A stretch of 64,000 nucleotides of DNA from contig CAZSKP010000001.1 in NCBI GenBank assembly GCA_964607485.1, forward strand, positions 32,001-96,000, read 5' to 3'. The position numbers and the translations under genes are program-made. Source of the DNA: an uncultured bacterium. GTDB lineage: Bacteria > Abyssobacteria > SURF-5. Below are positions 17,774 through 26,603 of this stretch, one piece after another. Below the pieces are notes generated by a model. It was not told the DNA's origin, ran no database searches, and saw nothing but the letters and a program-made list of their open reading frames with translations. Position 1 is the first letter of the stretch; the number at the start of each line of letters is the position of its first letter.

Positions 17774-20700
17774 TCATTCGACCTTTGCGTCACAGCGCAT
17801 GCACCGACGCGCTTCGGCCAGTGCGGTTTGTCGAGTGTAGCCAAGCTCCACTTCCCGAAAATCTTTTCGCCGCTCGGATGCGGCTGTTTCAGGCATCGGG
17901 GCCTGCGGCTGTTCCACGGGCTCCTCGTCAACTTCGAAAGGAATGTCGATGGTGTCATCGGCTGGAGACACCCACGGTTTCTCTCCGTTTTCCGCTCGGA
18001 TAGCGGCGTCGATCTGCCGGGCCGCATCCTGGCCCGCCCTGATCGCGTCGATGACCATCGCGGGGCCGGTGACCGCGTCGCCTCCGGCCCAGACCTTGGC
18101 ATTGGCGGTCCGCTGTCCGCTCTGGACCTTTATGGCGGACCGAGTCGTCTCCACGCCGCTATGATCCTGCAGGAAATTCAGGTCCGCCATTTGGCCGATG
18201 GCGGCGATGACGGTGTCCACCTGTGTGGTGAACTCCGAGCCGGGTATCGGTTCGGGCCGCCTGCGCCCGCTGCGGTCGAACTGGCCGAGCTTCATCCGGG
18301 TGAGTTCGAGGCCCGACACCTTCCCGTTTCCGGTTATCACTTTTGAAGGCGCCACGAGGAGTTCGATCTTTACTCCCTCCTCCTCTGCGGCGCGAATCTC
18401 CGCTTCCTCGGCGGGCATGTCGTTCCGCTGGCGGCGGTAGTAGATGGTCACCTCTTCGGCGCCCATCCGAACGGCGGTTCGGGCGGAGTCGATGGCGGAG
18501 TTGCCGCCGCCGATGACGGCGACGCGCTTGCCGATATTGATCTCCTGGTCCAAGTTGTGGGACCTGAGCATCTCAACCGCCCCGAACACGCCCTCGGCCT
18601 CCTCACCGGGAACGTTCAGCGCATAGCTCTTCTGAGCTCCGACCGCCAGGTAGATAATGTCGAATTCTCTGTCCAGTTCTTCGAAACTCACATCGCGTCC
18701 GACGCGCGTGTTGGTGCGAAGCTCCACGCCGGTGTCGAGGATGTCCTTAATCTCGCGGTCGAGCACCTCACGGGGGAGACGATACATTGGAATCCCCCAT
18801 CGGAGCATGCCGCCCGCCTGAGGCAATTCTTCAAACACGGTCACAGCGTAGCCGCGCCTCTTGAGTTCGAGCGCGGCGGTCAGACCCGATGGGCCAGCGC
18901 CGATGACCGCCACCCGCTCCTTGCGGGTCACGGGAATAGGCTCGACCTTCGGCTTCATCGCGTTGTCGGCGACGAATCGTTTGATGAACTTGATCGCCAA
19001 TGGCTCGTCGAGCTGTCCGCGGCGGCATTTCGACTGGCACGGATGCCCGCACACGCGGCCGCACACGCTGGGGAACGGATTCGTGCGCGTGAGCACTTGA
19101 TAGGCGTCGTCGATGCGGTCGGCGCGAACGAGCGCGATGTAGGCGGGGATGTCCATCTCCACCGGGCAGGTGTGCTGGCACGAACTCTTGAACAACGCCG
19201 AGCAGACCGCAGCCGGACAATGTTTTTCATGGATGTGCGCCTCGTATTCGTCGCGGAAATAGCGGATGGTGCTGAGCACGGGGTTGGGCGCGGTTTGGCC
19301 GAGGCCGCAGAGCGCCGTATCCTTGATGCTCTGAGCCAGGTCCTGGAGGAGCTCTATGTCTCCCTCGCGTCCCTGGCCGTTGCATATTCTCTGGAGGATC
19401 TCCAGCATCCTCTTTGTTCCCACGCGACACGGCGTGCATTTGCCGCACGACTCGTCCTGGCAGAAGTCCATGAAGTAGCGGGCCATGTCCACCATGCAGT
19501 TGTCTTCGTCCATCACGATCATGCCGCCGGAGCCCATAATGGCGCCCGCCTTGGCGATGGCCTCGTAGTCGGTAGGAGTGTTCAGGTGTTCGGCGGGTAT
19601 GCATCCTCCCGATGGGCCGCCAAGCTGGGCCGCCTTGAACTTCTTTCCTCCGGGGATGCCGCCGCCGATGTCGAAGATAATCTCTCCGATGGAGGTGCCC
19701 ATGGGCACTTCCACGAGGCCGGTATTGTACACCTTACCCGTGAGCGAGAATATCTTTGTGCCCTTGGATGACTCGGTCCCGATTTTCTCGTACTCTTCTC
19801 CGCCCTCAAGGATGATGTGAGGAGTATTGGAGAACGTCTCGACGTTGTTGAGAATGGTGGGCTTCTTCCACAGTCCGGAGACAGCCGGAAACGGCGGCCG
19901 GGGCCGGGGCATGCCGCGGCGACCCTCGATGGAGGTCATCAGAGCCGTCTCCTCGCCGCAGACGAATGCGCCCGCGCCCTGGTACACTTCCACGTCGAAA
20001 TGGAACCCGGAGCCGAGGATGTCTCTGCCCAGCAGGCCGTGCTCTCTGGCCTGGCCGATGGCTGTATTGAGCCTTTGCACTGCCAAGGGGTACTCGGCAC
20101 GACAGTAGATGTATCCCTTGTGTGAGTTGATCGCCTTTGCGGCTATGATCATGCCCTCTAGCACGGAATGCGGGTTGCCTTCCATGACGCTGCGGTCCAT
20201 GAACGCACCCGGGTCACCCTCATCCGCGTTGCAGAGAACATACTTGACGTTTTCCTTTGAGTGAGCGCAGAACTCCCACTTGAGTCCCGTGGGGAATCCC
20301 GCGCCGCCCCGGCCGCGCAGCCCGGAGACCTTCACCTCGGCGATGATTTCGGCCCATGTCATGCTGAGCAGCGCCTTGGCCGCCGCGCGGTAGCCGTCTC
20401 GCCAGATGTAGTCTTCGATCTTCTCGGGATCGATCAATCCCTTGTTTCGAAGGACCCAGAGCCGTTGGTTTGCGAAGAAAGGGATCTCATCTATATAGGG
20501 GATCACCTTGCCGGAAACCGGGTCGGAGTAAAGCAATCGTTCCACCGGTCGCCCATTCAGAAAATGTTCTTCCACTAACTCTGGTATGTCAGCCGGTGTC
20601 AGCTTCTGATAGAAAATCCTCTCCGGCAGGACAGTCATCACCGGACCGGCACTGCACAGGCCGATGCAGCCGGTCGCGACTATCCGGACTTCTTGCGCAA

Positions 20701-20872
20701 TCCCGCGCTTTTCAACTTCATTGGCCAAGACGCTCGAAACGGGCTTGCCCCCACAGGCAATACAGCCCGTGTCGCCACACAGCATGGCGTGTATGCGAAA
20801 TCTTGCCCTTTCCTTCGCTACCCGTTCGCGAATTGCTTCTAAATCGGCTGCTTTGAGCTTTTCTTGAGCCAT
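17774..20872 (-). CDS. hydB: HydB/NuoF-like NADH/FMN subunit fused to a C-terminal GltD/NfnB-like FAD/Fe-S oxidoreductase
   Basis: Thioredoxin-like [2Fe-2S] N-terminus; GRGGAGFPTG, NADEGDPGAFMDR, GEETAL, GGPSGG, ESCGKCTPCR; then CQHTCP, CGRVCGHPCQSKC, IGAGPSG, GGMLRWGIP, IGGGNSAID...YYRR, GGDAVTGP, ARRCMRC. Confidence 0.9.
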   Translation of the reverse strand: MAQEKLKAADLEAIRERVAKERARFRIHAMLCGDTGCIACGGKPVSSVLANEVEKRGIAQEVRIVATGCIGLCSAGPVMTVLPERIFYQKLTPADIPELVEEHFLNGRPVERLLYSDPVSGKVIPYIDEIPFFANQRLWVLRNKGLIDPEKIEDYIWRDGYRAAAKALLSMTWAEIIAEVKVSGLRGRGGAGFPTGLKWEFCAHSKENVKYVLCNADEGDPGAFMDRSVMEGNPHSVLEGMIIAAKAINSHKGYIYCRAEYPLAVQRLNTAIGQAREHGLLGRDILGSGFHFDVEVYQGAGAFVCGEETALMTSIEGRRGMPRPRPPFPAVSGLWKKPTILNNVETFSNTPHIILEGGEEYEKIGTESSKGTKIFSLTGKVYNTGLVEVPMGTSIGEIIFDIGGGIPGGKKFKAAQLGGPSGGCIPAEHLNTPTDYEAIAKAGAIMGSGGMIVMDEDNCMVDMARYFMDFCQDESCGKCTPCRVGTKRMLEILQRICNGQGREGDIELLQDLAQSIKDTALCGLGQTAPNPVLSTIRYFRDEYEAHIHEKHCPAAVCSALFKSSCQHTCPVEMDIPAYIALVRADRIDDAYQVLTRTNPFPSVCGRVCGHPCQSKCRRGQLDEPLAIKFIKRFVADNAMKPKVEPIPVTRKERVAVIGAGPSGLTAALELKRRGYAVTVFEELPQAGGMLRWGIPMYRLPREVLDREIKDILDTGVELRTNTRVGRDVSFEELDREFDIIYLAVGAQKSYALNVPGEEAEGVFGAVEMLRSHNLDQEINIGKRVAVIGGGNSAIDSARTAVRMGAEEVTIYYRRQRNDMPAEEAEIRAAEEEGVKIELLVAPSKVITGNGKVSGLELTRMKLGQFDRSGRRRPEPIPGSEFTTQVDTVIAAIGQMADLNFLQDHSGVETTRSAIKVQSGQRTANAKVWAGGDAVTGPAMVIDAIRAGQDAARQIDAAIRAENGEKPWVSPADDTIDIPFEVDEEPVEQPQAPMPETAASERRKDFREVELGYTRQTALAEARRCMRCDAKVE

Positions 20873-20877
20873 GACTT

Positions 20878-21408
20878 CTACTCCTTTGGGTTCGGAGAGC
20901 TGTCTCGATATTCCTTCAATATACTGTCGAGCTTGGCCACCTTCACCTGCCTATGGGTATGCCCATCGACGACCATTACGGGTGAGAGCCCGCACGCTCC
21001 GACGCAGCGAACCGTGTCGAGGCTGAAATTTCTGTCCTCCGTGCACTCGCCGGGCTCGATTCCCAATTTATGCTCGAGCTCGTCGAGCACTCTGTTGGAA
21101 CCCCGCACGTGACAAGCCGTGCCGAGGCACACGCGCACCTGATGCTTGCCGCGGGGGGTCATCGTGAAGAAGGAGTAGAACGTCACCACTCCGTACACCT
21201 GGCTCAGAGGCAACGAGAGCCCCTTCGCGACCCGACGCTGGACCGATTCCGGCAGATACCCGGTAATATTCTGAACTTCCTCCAGCACCGGAATCAGGGC
21301 GCCGGGCTTGTCGCGGTGACTCGCTATCACCTCATCGACCTTCCTCCACTGTTCCTCAGTGAATTCGTTTTCGGACTTCTTCTCATTGCACACGCATCGA
21401 AGGCTCAT
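20878..21408 (-). CDS. hydC: HydC/NuoE-like [2Fe-2S] subunit
   Basis: VYGVVTFYSFF, VCLGTACHVRG, VRCVGACGLSP; ATG 21408 with AGGAGA RBS. Confidence 0.93.
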   Translation of the reverse strand: MSLRCVCNEKKSENEFTEEQWRKVDEVIASHRDKPGALIPVLEEVQNITGYLPESVQRRVAKGLSLPLSQVYGVVTFYSFFTMTPRGKHQVRVCLGTACHVRGSNRVLDELEHKLGIEPGECTEDRNFSLDTVRCVGACGLSPVMVVDGHTHRQVKVAKLDSILKEYRDSSPNPKE

Positions 21409-21530
21409 ATCGTTTCTCCTTGTGTCAGCGACGGGAAAAGCGCTGCATCGCCCCTTCAAGGAATGCGCTCAATTCGCGCCGGACATCTTTATCGATAGTC
21501 ACTCAGACCCACTTCTCTCTCTTCCTAACG

Positions 21531-21546
21531 AGCAATAAGCATGCCG
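21531..21546 (-). promoter_or_regulatory. sigma54 promoter of the hydrogenase operon
   Basis: On - strand CGGCATGCTTATTGCT (GG-N10-GC). Confidence 0.8.
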
Positions 21547-21641
21547 AGCGCAATCGGCGGGCACATGCCCGAAACCTTGCGGATTCAGGCAGGTTCGTGT
21601 GCTCGTCTTGAGCCGACGCGCCCCTGTTTTTGCCCGCTCGG

Positions 21642-21678
21642 TGTCAGGATTTTTTTCGACCTGTAAAGATTTCCGACA
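21642..21678. promoter_or_regulatory. Enhancer-like (UAS) inverted repeat, copy 2, shared by divergent promoters
   Basis: TGTCAGGATTTTTTTCG-acc-TGTAAAGATTTCCGACA; about 97 bp from the GG of each flanking sigma54 site. Confidence 0.75.
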
Positions 21679-21773
21679 GTTTTATCCCGCCATTTCGGCA
21701 TAACATCTGTTCGCCGACGCAAAAAGAACCTCATTTTCTGCGATTGCGCTCCTTTCCCCGGGCATCCTCGTCT

Positions 21774-21789
21774 CGGCACGGAATTTGCC
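21774..21789 (+). promoter_or_regulatory. sigma54 promoter of the REC-CBS/acs cluster
   Basis: CGGCACGGAATTTGCC (GGCACG-N4-TTGC). Confidence 0.8.
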
Positions 21790-21970
21790 CGTATTTAAGA
21801 CGGGAGTAGAAGGCTAGCTTTACCATACGACAACCGAGGGCAGGCGAAGGCTTTGTCCGAGTGGATGCGGCGCGAGTTGCTCGAAAGCGAAGGACAGAGC
21901 GCGGGAGCGAGGAGGAAACGAGCGGTGCGCGAAGTAGTGGCTGTTGACGTGTTGGAAAGGAGAATGAATA

Positions 21971-22933
21971 ATGGAGAAGCGCCAAGATATAAATGTCCTT
22001 CTCGTTGACGACGAGGAAAGCTTCCGCACCACCGCCTCGATTCTTTTCAGGAAGCGCAGCATCAATCTGACGGCCGCCGCCAGCGGGAAGCAGGCGATTG
22101 AGGAAATCAAGAAGGGCAAGACCGACGTCGTCGTGCTCGACCTCAAGATGCCGGACATGGACGGCAACGAGGTGCTGCACGCGATAAAGAAGCTCAGCCC
22201 TCGCGTCGAGGTCATCATACTTACCGGTCACGGGACATCGGAGTCGGTTTTCTACGGGCTGCGCGAGGGAGCGTTTGCGTATCTTACCAAGCCGTGCGAT
22301 ATCGACCTCCTCACCGTGAAAATCCGGGAGGCGTTTTTCAGGAAGAAAGGTCTGGCCGAAGTTGACCGCCGCGTAAGAGATGTCATGGTGCCGCTCTCCT
22401 CGTTCAGTTCGGTGGGGGAAGACTGGACCGTGGCCGAAGCGATCGTCGTGATCCTCGGACAGAAGACCATCGTTGCCGACACGGTGGATGAGGAACCTGT
22501 CGAAGTCGTCATAGGAAACAGGACCGTCATCACTACCACGGTCGATGAAGGCGTGCACCGGTGTGTGCTCGTCCGCGACACGGACGACCAGGTGACCGGC
22601 ATCGTCAGTTTCACGGATTTTCTGCAGGGGCTGGAGTCAACGTACATGCGGCTGCTCGTTGAGAAGCCCGAGACGGTCAGCGCCAAACTTGGACCTGCCC
22701 AGAGTTATTCGGGCGTGTTCAACAGCATGGTACGCGAACTCGGCACGAAGCGAATTCGCGACCTGATGCTCGACACGCCTCCTACAATTGACGCCGACGC
22801 TTCCCTTCTGGAGGCCACCAACCGGCTCCTGTCCCTTAACGTGCGAAGGCTTCTGGTCATGGAGGGGGATGACATCGTCGGTGTAATCCGCGAAAAGGAC
22901 ATCATGTTTGAGATGGCGAATATAGTGAGGTAA
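21971..22933 (+). CDS. Response regulator with tandem CBS domains (REC-CBS, copy 1)
   Basis: VDDEE, LDLKMP, LTGHG, LTKP; then VRDVMVP...VTGIVSFTD and IRDLM...IVGVIREKD. Confidence 0.9.
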   Translation: MEKRQDINVLLVDDEESFRTTASILFRKRSINLTAAASGKQAIEEIKKGKTDVVVLDLKMPDMDGNEVLHAIKKLSPRVEVIILTGHGTSESVFYGLREGAFAYLTKPCDIDLLTVKIREAFFRKKGLAEVDRRVRDVMVPLSSFSSVGEDWTVAEAIVVILGQKTIVADTVDEEPVEVVIGNRTVITTTVDEGVHRCVLVRDTDDQVTGIVSFTDFLQGLESTYMRLLVEKPETVSAKLGPAQSYSGVFNSMVRELGTKRIRDLMLDTPPTIDADASLLEATNRLLSLNVRRLLVMEGDDIVGVIREKDIMFEMANIVR

Positions 22934-23069
22934 CATGCCCGATATGAGCGCGGGCTCTCCAATGAGGGAGACCCGCGTTATAATAGTAGGGTAAGGAAAG
23001 ACTTCTTGATTTGAACGTGAGACTACAAGGAAATCCCGCAATGGCCGATGGTCCATAGGAGAAGGGAGT

Positions 23070-25067
23070 GTGGTTATGCAGAAGGAAAAAGGCATTACCT
23101 CGATGATGGATGAGCAGAGGAAGTTTCCCCCACCCGAGGATTTTCGAAAGAAGGCAAAGATCAAGTCCGTCGAGGAATACGAGGCGCTGTACAAGGAATC
23201 GCTCGAACACCCTGATAGTTTCTGGGGCAGACTGGCCGAGGAACTGGACTGGATCAAGAAGTGGGACCGGGTGTATTACTGGGATCCCAAGAAGGTTGAA
23301 TGCAGATGGTTCGAGGGAGGGAAGCTGAACGTTTCCTACAACTGCCTCGACCGTCATTTGAAGACGCCGATAAGAGACAAGGTCGCGATCATCTGGGAAG
23401 GCGAGCCGATGGGCGAGAGCCGGTCTTACACGTATCAGCAACTCCATCGCGAGGTGTGCCGGTTCGCGAACGTCCTCAAGAAGAAAGGGATCAAGAAGGG
23501 CGACCGCGTCTGCATCTACCTGCCGATGATTCCGGAACTCCCCATCGCAATGCTTGCCTGCGCCCGGATCGGCGCCATCCACAGCGTCGTCTTCGGCGGG
23601 TTCAGCGCGGAATCGCTGCGCGACCGAATCCAGGACAGCGGGGCGAGGATGCTGATTACTGTGAATGCCGGCTACCGGAACGGTCGTGTGATCGATCTCA
23701 AGAAGAACGCCGACGAGGCGGTCGAAAAGTGTCCCGTGGTCGAACACGTCATCTTGGTGCGACGGGTCGAGAAGGATGTGCCGATGAACCCCGAACGGGA
23801 GAGCTGGTGGCACGATGAAATGAGCGCTCCCGACATCAAGGACGAGTGCGAGCCCGAGGCGATGGATGCGGAGGATCCGCTGTTCATCCTGTACACAAGC
23901 GGCAGCACGGGAAAACCCAAAGGGGTGCTCCACACGACCGCCGGCTACCTCGTGTACACCTCGCAGACGTTCAAGTACATCTTCGACTATCGCGACGAAG
24001 ACATCTTCTGGTGCACGGCGGATATCGGATGGGTCACGGGGCACAGCTACATCGTTTACGGCCCGCTGTGCGAGGGCGCGACGAGCCTGATGTATGAAGG
24101 CGTCCCGTTCTATCCGGAGAAGGATCGGTTCTGGGCGATAGTCGAAAAATACAAGGTCAACATCTTCTACACCGCCCCCACCGCCATCCGCGCAATCGCA
24201 CGAGAGGGCGACGAGTGGCCGAAAAAGCACGACCTCTCCAGCCTTCGACTGCTCGGCACGGTCGGCGAACCGATCAACCCGGAGGCGTGGATGTGGTATT
24301 ACACTAACATCGGCAAGGAGGAGTGTCCCATCGTGGACACGTGGTGGCAGACCGAAACCGGCGGCATCCTCATCACGCCGCTTCCGGGGGCGTTCACCCT
24401 CAAGCCTGCCTCCGCGAACAAGCCGTTCTTCGGCGTGGAACCGGCCGTCATTCGCGAGGACGGTTCCGAGGCGCGGCCCAACGAAGGCGGGTACCTGGTA
24501 ATCAAGAGGCCCTGGCCGGGCATGATGCGCACGGTCTATGGCGACCCCAAGCGGTTCAAGGAAACCTACTTCACCCTGTACCCGGGAATCTATTTCACCG
24601 GCGACGGCGCGAGGAAGGACGAAGACGGCGACTACTGGCTGATGGGACGCATCGACGACGTTATCAACGTCTCCGGACACCGGCTCGGAACCGCTGAAAT
24701 CGAGAGCGCGCTCGTGGCGGACCCCGCGGTTTCCGAGGCGGCGGTTGTGCCGATTCCGCATGAAATCAAGGGTCAGGGCATATACGCCTTCGTCATCCTG
24801 AAGGCGGGTGTGGAGCCTTCCGAGGAAATGAAGAAGAAGCTCATCGCCCACGTAAGAAAAGAGATCGGGCCCATCGCGACGCCCGATGAAATGCAATTCG
24901 CCGACGCCCTCCCCAAGACGAGGAGCGGCAAGATCATGAGGAGAATCCTCCGGAAGATTGCGGAAGGAAGCGAGCAGCTTGGCGACACCACGACCCTGGC
25001 AGACACCGGCGTGGTCGAGAGCCTGCTTCAAGGAAAGAAAGAAGCCGGCTCGACGGCCGAGAAATGA
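23070..25067 (+). CDS. acs: Acetyl-CoA synthetase (AMP-forming)
   Basis: [50 protein letters not shown]. Confidence 0.96.
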   Translation: MVMQKEKGITSMMDEQRKFPPPEDFRKKAKIKSVEEYEALYKESLEHPDSFWGRLAEELDWIKKWDRVYYWDPKKVECRWFEGGKLNVSYNCLDRHLKTPIRDKVAIIWEGEPMGESRSYTYQQLHREVCRFANVLKKKGIKKGDRVCIYLPMIPELPIAMLACARIGAIHSVVFGGFSAESLRDRIQDSGARMLITVNAGYRNGRVIDLKKNADEAVEKCPVVEHVILVRRVEKDVPMNPERESWWHDEMSAPDIKDECEPEAMDAEDPLFILYTSGSTGKPKGVLHTTAGYLVYTSQTFKYIFDYRDEDIFWCTADIGWVTGHSYIVYGPLCEGATSLMYEGVPFYPEKDRFWAIVEKYKVNIFYTAPTAIRAIAREGDEWPKKHDLSSLRLLGTVGEPINPEAWMWYYTNIGKEECPIVDTWWQTETGGILITPLPGAFTLKPASANKPFFGVEPAVIREDGSEARPNEGGYLVIKRPWPGMMRTVYGDPKRFKETYFTLYPGIYFTGDGARKDEDGDYWLMGRIDDVINVSGHRLGTAEIESALVADPAVSEAAVVPIPHEIKGQGIYAFVILKAGVEPSEEMKKKLIAHVRKEIGPIATPDEMQFADALPKTRSGKIMRRILRKIAEGSEQLGDTTTLADTGVVESLLQGKKEAGSTAEK

Positions 25068-25295
25068 TGCGGGTCCGGGGGACGGGCGGCGTCAGGCTCG
25101 TCGATTTTTCGCGGTCCACGGACCCGACACCTCATGAGCCTTCGGTGGCACACCACCCCTGCCGCCCTTCTCTCTCGCGAGCCCAGAGGGCGAGGGTCTG
25201 CGGGAGCATGCCCCCCATACGCTCCCGCAGGCCCGATGCTCGCCGCCTTCCGTTCGCACACTGCCGCGGCGCCATCTGCCCGCGAGGAGGCAATC

Positions 25296-26537
25296 ATGGA
25301 GAAAGATACGAGCATCAGCGGTTGGACCGTCGCACTGAGTGGGACCGGCATCAATCTCGCTCTTGGAGTACTCTACACCTGGAGCGTCATTTCCAAGGCG
25401 ATTCCGGACGAATGGGGATGGAATGAGGCACAGCGCGCGCTTCCGTATTCGGTCGCATGCATAGTTTTTGCGCTCGTCATGGTGGCCGCGGGTCGGATGC
25501 AGGACAAGATCGGCCCGCGCATCGTCGCAACGCTGGGCGGAGTGCTCACGGGCGCGGGCTTCATCGTAGCAAGCGCAACCGCTTCGCTTGCGCTGTTCGT
25601 TCTCGGGTTTGGCGTGCTCGCCGGAGCCGGAATCGGGTTCGGCTATGCTTCGGCCACGCCGCCCGCGGTGAAGTGGTTTCCCCCGGAGCGGACGGGCCTG
25701 ATCGCCGGCGTCGTCGTGGCGGGCTTCGGGCTCGCCTCGGTGTATGCGGCCCCGCTCGCAAAGTACTTGATAGGGGCCAGCGGCCTTCAGTCTGCGATGA
25801 GGATATTCGGGATAGCGTTCCTGATTGTCGTGGTCATCCTGGCACAATTCCTCCGCAATCCGCCGGAGGGAGTCAAGCGGGCCACTGTCGGGCACGCGAA
25901 GCCCCGGAGGAATGCTCCGATTTTCTCGAAGCATGAGAGCGATTGGCTCGAGATGGTGCGCACTCCTCAGTTCTACCTGCTCTGGCTCATGTACGCCTGC
26001 GGGGCGGGCGCCGGCCTGATGATTATCGGCAAGCTGGCGAAGATCGTGGAGCTGCAGAGCGGCTCGAAGGCGGGCTTCATTCTGGTCGCGCTGCTGGCCA
26101 TCGGAAACGCCGGTGGCCGGGTCATCGCCGGGGTGCTGTCTGACAGGATAGGTCGCACGAGCACGATGTTCCTGGTGTTCTCGGTGCAGGCCGTGCTCAT
26201 GTTCACGCTCCGACTGCAGAGCCAGCTCGCTCTGCTGGTCGTGTACTCGATGCTGATCGGGTTCAATTACGGGGCCTGCTTGTCCCTGTTTCCTTCGGTG
26301 ACGAAGGACTATTTCGGCATAAAGAATTTCGGTGTCAATTACGGGCTCGTGTTTACGGCGTGGGGCGCCGGCGGCCTCATCCTTCCCATCCTTTCCGGAA
26401 GGATATTCGACGCCACGGGCTCGTTCAATCGGGCCTATGTCGTGGCGGGTTTCGTGATGATTCTTGCCGCGGGCCTCACGTTTGTGACGAAGGCGCCCCG
26501 GGAAGAGGCTCCCGTGCAGCTCAAGGCTGCGGCGTGA
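25296..26537 (+). CDS. OFA/monocarboxylate-type MFS transporter
   Basis: 12-TM hydrophobic pattern; GVLYTWSV, GRMQDKIGPR, KWFP..TGLIAG, GVLSDRIGR, NYGLVFTAWG; ATG 25296 with GAGGAGG RBS. Confidence 0.9.
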   Translation: MEKDTSISGWTVALSGTGINLALGVLYTWSVISKAIPDEWGWNEAQRALPYSVACIVFALVMVAAGRMQDKIGPRIVATLGGVLTGAGFIVASATASLALFVLGFGVLAGAGIGFGYASATPPAVKWFPPERTGLIAGVVVAGFGLASVYAAPLAKYLIGASGLQSAMRIFGIAFLIVVVILAQFLRNPPEGVKRATVGHAKPRRNAPIFSKHESDWLEMVRTPQFYLLWLMYACGAGAGLMIIGKLAKIVELQSGSKAGFILVALLAIGNAGGRVIAGVLSDRIGRTSTMFLVFSVQAVLMFTLRLQSQLALLVVYSMLIGFNYGACLSLFPSVTKDYFGIKNFGVNYGLVFTAWGAGGLILPILSGRIFDATGSFNRAYVVAGFVMILAAGLTFVTKAPREEAPVQLKAAA

Positions 26538-26603
26538 CTTGACACCCGTGGGGCGACTTGGTGTATTCTGAATCGGGAGGTTGATTCTCAACAATCCTGA
26601 GCG

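Noticed and set aside
21694-21712. Additional GGCATAAC... as another sigma54 site
   Set aside because: There is no GC at the -12 position (GG-N10-GT).
25068-25125. GC-rich hairpin after acs as an ncRNA or terminator
   Set aside because: It has no following U-tract and no family resemblance; at most an mRNA-stabilising stem.
26539-26569. TTGACA...TATTCT internal promoter before the ADP-forming ligase
   Set aside because: The 19-bp spacing is suboptimal; possible but not supportable.
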